Positions 32,920 to 36,573 of a stretch of DNA of 36,573 nucleotides are shown here, piece after piece (position 1 is the stretch's first letter; every line of letters starts with the position of its first letter). A model generated the notes under the pieces. It was not told where the DNA came from and made no database searches. It was given only the letters and a program-made list of their open reading frames with translations. The translations under genes and the position numbers were made by a program. The stretch is from an uncultured Acidimicrobiales bacterium (GTDB lineage Bacteria > Actinomycetota > Acidimicrobiia > Acidimicrobiales > SHLQ01). The stretch lies in assembly GCA_965531045.1 (NCBI GenBank), contig CBESNZ010000001.1, positions 1 to 36,573 of the forward strand. Reading direction: 5' to 3'.

Positions 32920-33902
32920 GTGGAATAGACCGCTACAGGATCGGCAGAGGCGGCCGAGTCGGTCTCATCTGGCTGGGTGCCGGCCAGCAGCACGATCGAC
33001 AGCACCCAGATCAGCAGCAAGATGATGGCCTCGTGGGCCTGAATCCGGTCGCCGGTGAGCAGAAATGCGATGGCGAGGACCGCCACCAGGATCATGATGA
33101 TCGCGCCCGTGCTCGTGAGCTTGTCATCGCCAATCGCTCCCGGGCCGATCAGGCCGATCACGGCACCGACGCCGAACGAATTGAAAATATTCGAACCCAA
33201 CAGGTTGCCCACCACGAGGTCGGTCTCGCCTTTGCGAGCGGCCGCAACCGCGGTCACGAGCTCGGGCAACGACGTTCCGACAGCGACGAGCGTGAACCCG
33301 ACAAACCCTCCCGTGAGGCTCAGTTCGTCGGCGATGCCAATGGCACCCCACACCAGCGCCTGAGCACCGAGAACGGTGAATGCAAGGCCGACGACGGTAC
33401 GGACGACCTCGACCTTGGTCGAGAACTCGCCGTGGTGGTCGGACACGTCCGGCGGCTCGTTACGGCTGCTGATGATGGTCCACCCGATGGCCAGCACGAG
33501 GCCGATCGCCAGCGCACCACCCTCGGTACGGGTGATGTCGCCCTGCACCACCCAGGCGAACGCCAGCACCGCCACAACCGACATGGGGGCTTCCCGCCGG
33601 CGAGCCGGGCCGCTCATACCAATGGACGCGAGGAGCGCCGCTGCGGCCAGAACCAAGCTGAGATTGGCAACATTCGACCCGATCACATTGCCGACGCCCA
33701 ACCCGCGATCGCCCTGGCCCGCCGCGATACCGCTCACGAGCATTTCTGGCGCGCTGGTGCCGAACCCGACGATGACGGCCCCGACGACGAACGGCGACAC
33801 GTTCATGGCGGTCGCCAGGTGTACGGCGCCTTCGACGAACTCGTCGGCTGCCTTGATGAGGAAGCCGAGCCCGATGGCGACGGCGATGAGAAACCAGATC
33901 AC
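32916..33902 (-). CDS. Ca2+/cation antiporter (CaCA / YrbG-type sodium:calcium exchanger)
   Basis: Two alpha-repeat motifs: GFGTSAPEMLVS...GNVIGSNVANL and AVGTSLPELVTA...GNLLGSNIFN. Confidence 0.9.
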   Translation of the reverse strand: MIWFLIAVAIGLGFLIKAADEFVEGAVHLATAMNVSPFVVGAVIVGFGTSAPEMLVSGIAAGQGDRGLGVGNVIGSNVANLSLVLAAAALLASIGMSGPARRREAPMSVVAVLAFAWVVQGDITRTEGGALAIGLVLAIGWTIISSRNEPPDVSDHHGEFSTKVEVVRTVVGLAFTVLGAQALVWGAIGIADELSLTGGFVGFTLVAVGTSLPELVTAVAAARKGETDLVVGNLLGSNIFNSFGVGAVIGLIGPGAIGDDKLTSTGAIIMILVAVLAIAFLLTGDRIQAHEAIILLLIWVLSIVLLAGTQPDETDSAASADPVAVYST

Positions 33903-33983
33903 GGGCTGAGGCTAGGGGTTCGACGCAGCGAGCACGACGACCCGGCTGCAAAGCCCTGCGGGGGCGGCGGGTACGGTAGCGAG

Positions 33984-35954
33984 ATGGATCAGGACTTCGG
34001 CCAACCCCGCGATCGAGATCGCCCCTGGGTCATGCGCACCTACTCGGGCCATTCCACGGCCACCGAGTCGAATGCGCTCTATCAAACCAATCTGGCGAAG
34101 GGGCAGACCGGGCTGTCGATCGCATTCGACCTGCCCACCCAGACCGGTTACGACCCCGACAGCCCGCTGGCGGCGGGAGAGGTTGGCAAGGTCGGCGTTC
34201 CGGTGGCCCACCTCGGGCACATGCGCCAACTGCTCGATGGCATTCCGGTCGACGAGATGAACACCTCGATGACCATCAACGCGACCGCTCCCTGGCTACT
34301 GGCGCTCTACGTCGCCCACGCCGCCGAGCACGATGTGGCGGCCGACGCCCTCCGCGGGACCACCCAGAACGACCTGATCAAGGAGTACCTGTCGCGCGGC
34401 ACCTACATCTTCCCGCCGACCGCGAGCCGTCGACTCACCGTCGACATGGTGGCCTACTGCGCCGTCAACGTTCCCAAGTGGAACCCGATGAACGTGTGCT
34501 CGTATCACCTCCAAGAAGCCGGAGCGACACCGGTGCAGGAGATCGCCTACGCCTTGGCAACGGCCATCGGCGTGCTCGACGCCGTGCGCGATTCCGGTCA
34601 GGTCGACGACGAGGCCTTCCCCCGCGTCGTTGGCTCGATCTCGTTCTTCTGCAACGCCGGCATCCGCTTCATCGAAGAGATCTGCAAGATGCGGGCCTTC
34701 ACCCAGATGTGGGATCAGATCTGTCTCGATCGGTATGGCGTCCAAGATCCCAAGGCGCGCCGCTTTCGCTACGGCGTGCAGGTGAATTCACTCGGCCTCA
34801 CCGAGGCGCAGCCCGAGAACAACGTGCAGCGCATTGTGCTCGAAGCGCTCGGCGTCACGATGTCGAAGCGGGCCCGCACCCGGTCGTTGCAGCTCCCGGC
34901 CTGGAACGAGGCGCTCGGCCTGCCCCGTCCGTGGGATCAGCAGTGGTCGCTGCGGATGCAGCAGGTGCTGGCGATGGAAACCGACCTCCTGGAGTACGAG
35001 GACATCTTCGATGGCAGCCACGTAGTCGAAGGACGCACGGCCGAACTCGTCGCTGCGGCCCAGGCCGAACTCGACGACGTGCTCGACCAGGGCGGTGCGT
35101 TCGAGGCCATCGGCGAGCTCAAACGCCGACTCGTCCAATCACACACCGCCCGCATGCGACGCATCGAGAGCGGCGACCTCACCGTGGTCGGCCAGAACGC
35201 CTTCACCGAAACCGCGCCCTCTCCGCTGGGCGGCGCCGAATCGATCATGCGGGTCGACCCGGGGGTGCAAGCCGCACTCGTCGCCGATGTTTCCGCTTGG
35301 CGCTCCGCTCGCGACACCGCGGCGGTCGACGCTGCGGTCAGGGAACTCATCCGGGTTGCCGGCACCGACGAGAACCTGATGCCCGCCACCATCGAGCTGG
35401 CCAAAGCCGGCGGCACCACCGGTGAGTGGGCCGACGCGCTGCGCGGGGTGTTTGGCGAGTTCCGGGCCCCCACCGGCGTCGGCGGTGCCCCGGCGGTCAC
35501 CACTGCCGCATCGCTACGGGCCGTGGCGGAGCGATCGAAGGCACTCGTCGACGGACCGCCGCGCATCCTCGTTGCGAAGCCTGGACTCGACGGCCATTCC
35601 AACGGCGCCGAGCAGATCGCCGTGGCTGCGCGCGACGCGGGCATGGAGGTCATCTACCAAGGCATTCGGTCGACGCCCGAGTCGATCGCGGGAGTGGCGC
35701 GCGATGAAGATCCCGACCTCATCGGCCTGTCGATCCTGTCCGGCAGCCATCTCGAGCTCGTACCTGCCGTGCTCGAGGCGTTGCGCGCGGTGGATGTCGA
35801 CGTCCCCGTGGTGGTCGGCGGCATCATCCCCGCAGAAGACCGTCAACCGCTGCAGGACGCAGGCGTGGCGGCGGTGTACACGCCCTCCGACTACGAGCTC
35901 GCCCGACTCATGGACGAACTCGTCACCCTGGTCGAGACACACCGCGCCAAGTAG
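33984..35954 (+). CDS. Methylmalonyl-CoA mutase family acyl-CoA mutase with fused C-terminal B12-binding domain (MeaA / ethylmalonyl-CoA-mutase-like)
   Basis: RPWVMRTYSGHSTATESNALYQTNLAKGQTGLSIAFDLPTQTGYDPD is the mutase TIM-barrel signature of the MeaA/Icm-like type. C-terminal ILVAKPGLDGHSNGAEQIAVAARDAGMEVIY...GLSILSGSH carries the DxHxxG...SxL...GG cobalamin motif. The ATG is at 33984. Confidence 0.85.
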   Translation: MDQDFGQPRDRDRPWVMRTYSGHSTATESNALYQTNLAKGQTGLSIAFDLPTQTGYDPDSPLAAGEVGKVGVPVAHLGHMRQLLDGIPVDEMNTSMTINATAPWLLALYVAHAAEHDVAADALRGTTQNDLIKEYLSRGTYIFPPTASRRLTVDMVAYCAVNVPKWNPMNVCSYHLQEAGATPVQEIAYALATAIGVLDAVRDSGQVDDEAFPRVVGSISFFCNAGIRFIEEICKMRAFTQMWDQICLDRYGVQDPKARRFRYGVQVNSLGLTEAQPENNVQRIVLEALGVTMSKRARTRSLQLPAWNEALGLPRPWDQQWSLRMQQVLAMETDLLEYEDIFDGSHVVEGRTAELVAAAQAELDDVLDQGGAFEAIGELKRRLVQSHTARMRRIESGDLTVVGQNAFTETAPSPLGGAESIMRVDPGVQAALVADVSAWRSARDTAAVDAAVRELIRVAGTDENLMPATIELAKAGGTTGEWADALRGVFGEFRAPTGVGGAPAVTTAASLRAVAERSKALVDGPPRILVAKPGLDGHSNGAEQIAVAARDAGMEVIYQGIRSTPESIAGVARDEDPDLIGLSILSGSHLELVPAVLEALRAVDVDVPVVVGGIIPAEDRQPLQDAGVAAVYTPSDYELARLMDELVTLVETHRAK

Positions 35955-35997
35955 CAAGCAAGCGTTCCGCCTGATGGCGAGTCGCCCTCAGCCGTGC

Positions 35998-36113
35998 GCC
36001 AGCAAGCAAAGGCCCCGGCTGCCCAAGCCTGACGACCTGCCGTCCATAAGCCGCCAGCACGCGAAGGCCTCGGCTGCCCGAACTCGGCTACCTGCCGTCC
36101 GCAAGGCGCCAGA
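35998..36113. repeat. Intergenic 55-bp tandem repeat, about 2.1 copies (roughly 78% identity)
   Basis: Unit A 35998-36052 is gccagcaagcaaaggccccggctgcccaagcctgacgacctgccgtccataagcc. Unit B 36053-36107 is gccagcacgcgaaggcctcggctgcccgaactcggctacctgccgtccgcaaggc. A third copy starts (gccaga...). AGCAAGC-like words recur at 35953, 36001 and 36125, and degenerately (AGCACGC) at 36056. Confidence 0.8.
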
Positions 36114-36259
36114 ACCAGGTGATTAGCAAGCGACTGAAGGATGAAGGAGCGGGCGCCGCCGCGGCGTATCAGCAGAGCAGCCCGAGGTTCGGCGGAAACA
36201 CACCGCTTGCTCCGCCCGTCGGTTGGCCGCCGAACCGAAGCTGCGATTGCGTTACCAAT

Positions 36260-36573
36260 CTATCCCCAGCCGTTGGCCTTCAGCTGCTCGAGTTCTTCGG
36301 GGCGCACCAGTACGGCGCGGGCCTTCGAGCCTTCGCTCGGTCCGACGACGCCGCTTTCCTCCATGATGTCCATCAAGCGGCCGGCCCGGGCAAAGCCGAC
36401 GCGCAGCTTGCGCTGCAGCATCGAGGTGGAGCCCAGCTGACTTTGCACCACGAGCTCGACCGCCTGCATGAACAGCTCGTCGCCGTTTTCGCCACTTCCG
36501 GGATTGGTCGGCGGATCGTCGGTGATCGACAGACCGGCAGCAGCGGAAAGCGAGTCGGTGTCGGAGTTGTCGA
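36260..36573 (-). CDS. ftsK: DNA translocase FtsK, C-terminal gamma (winged-helix) domain; gene continues beyond the window
   Basis: ...[59 protein letters not shown] is the conserved FtsK gamma domain. The frame stays open to the window end. Confidence 0.92.
   Translation of the reverse strand, partial: DNSDTDSLSAAAGLSITDDPPTNPGSGENGDELFMQAVELVVQSQLGSTSMLQRKLRVGFARAGRLMDIMEESGVVGPSEGSKARAVLVRPEELEQLKANGWG

Noticed and set aside
33903-33983. Cobalamin riboswitch upstream of the B12-dependent mutase
   Set aside because: The gap is only 81 bp and shared with a divergent gene. That is too short for a B12 element, and no B12-box-like sequence is visible.
36141-36440. 99-aa plus-strand ORF near the window end
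   Set aside because: It lies partly antisense to the unmistakable FtsK gamma domain and partly in the repeat-rich spacer. There is no RBS and its composition is poor.

Overview
High-GC (roughly two-thirds G+C by eye) chromosomal core region with Actinobacteria-type gene order. I support about 37 protein-coding genes and find no rRNA, tRNA, CRISPR array, transposase, integrase or phage gene. The backbone matches the conserved actinobacterial SOS and housekeeping neighbourhood as I recall it from mycobacteria: lexA ... hflX-dapF-miaA-miaB ... recA ... cinA-pgsA-rimO ... ftsK. Three lineage-specific gene blocks sit inside it. Block 1 (1.0-8.1 kb) holds a lipoprotein, dapE-dapD-dapC, an AhpD/CMD-like gene and an MMPL transporter. 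Block 2 (16.9-20.6 kb) holds a small membrane protein, a PH-domain membrane protein, a GntR regulator with a DUF1648-like protein, a MerR-VOC fusion and msrB. Block 3 (23.8-36.0 kb) holds a PD40/TolB-like lipoprotein, an ECF sigma/anti-sigma pair, an MFS transporter, an amidase, a neutral ceramidase, a CaCA antiporter and a MeaA-like B12 mutase. The strongest non-obvious signal is a carboxymuconolactone-decarboxylase/AhpD-like gene (5212-5694, minus) that the ORF track splits into two ORFs. The split is a single in-frame TGA at the position of the second Cys of the family CxxC redox motif, and a stem-loop with a G/U-containing apical loop follows it. This is a candidate selenocysteine recoding site; the alternative is a recent nonsense mutation. 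Other readable signals are a dense array of GAAC-N4-GTTC SOS boxes at lexA, a two-promoter architecture at recA, and a sigma70-like promoter plus 9-bp-arm palindrome operator on a leaderless GntR gene inside a 30-bp AT-rich island. There are also several short intergenic tandem repeats and palindromes. I see no defence or mobile system. The many long ORFs antisense to real genes are high-GC artefacts.
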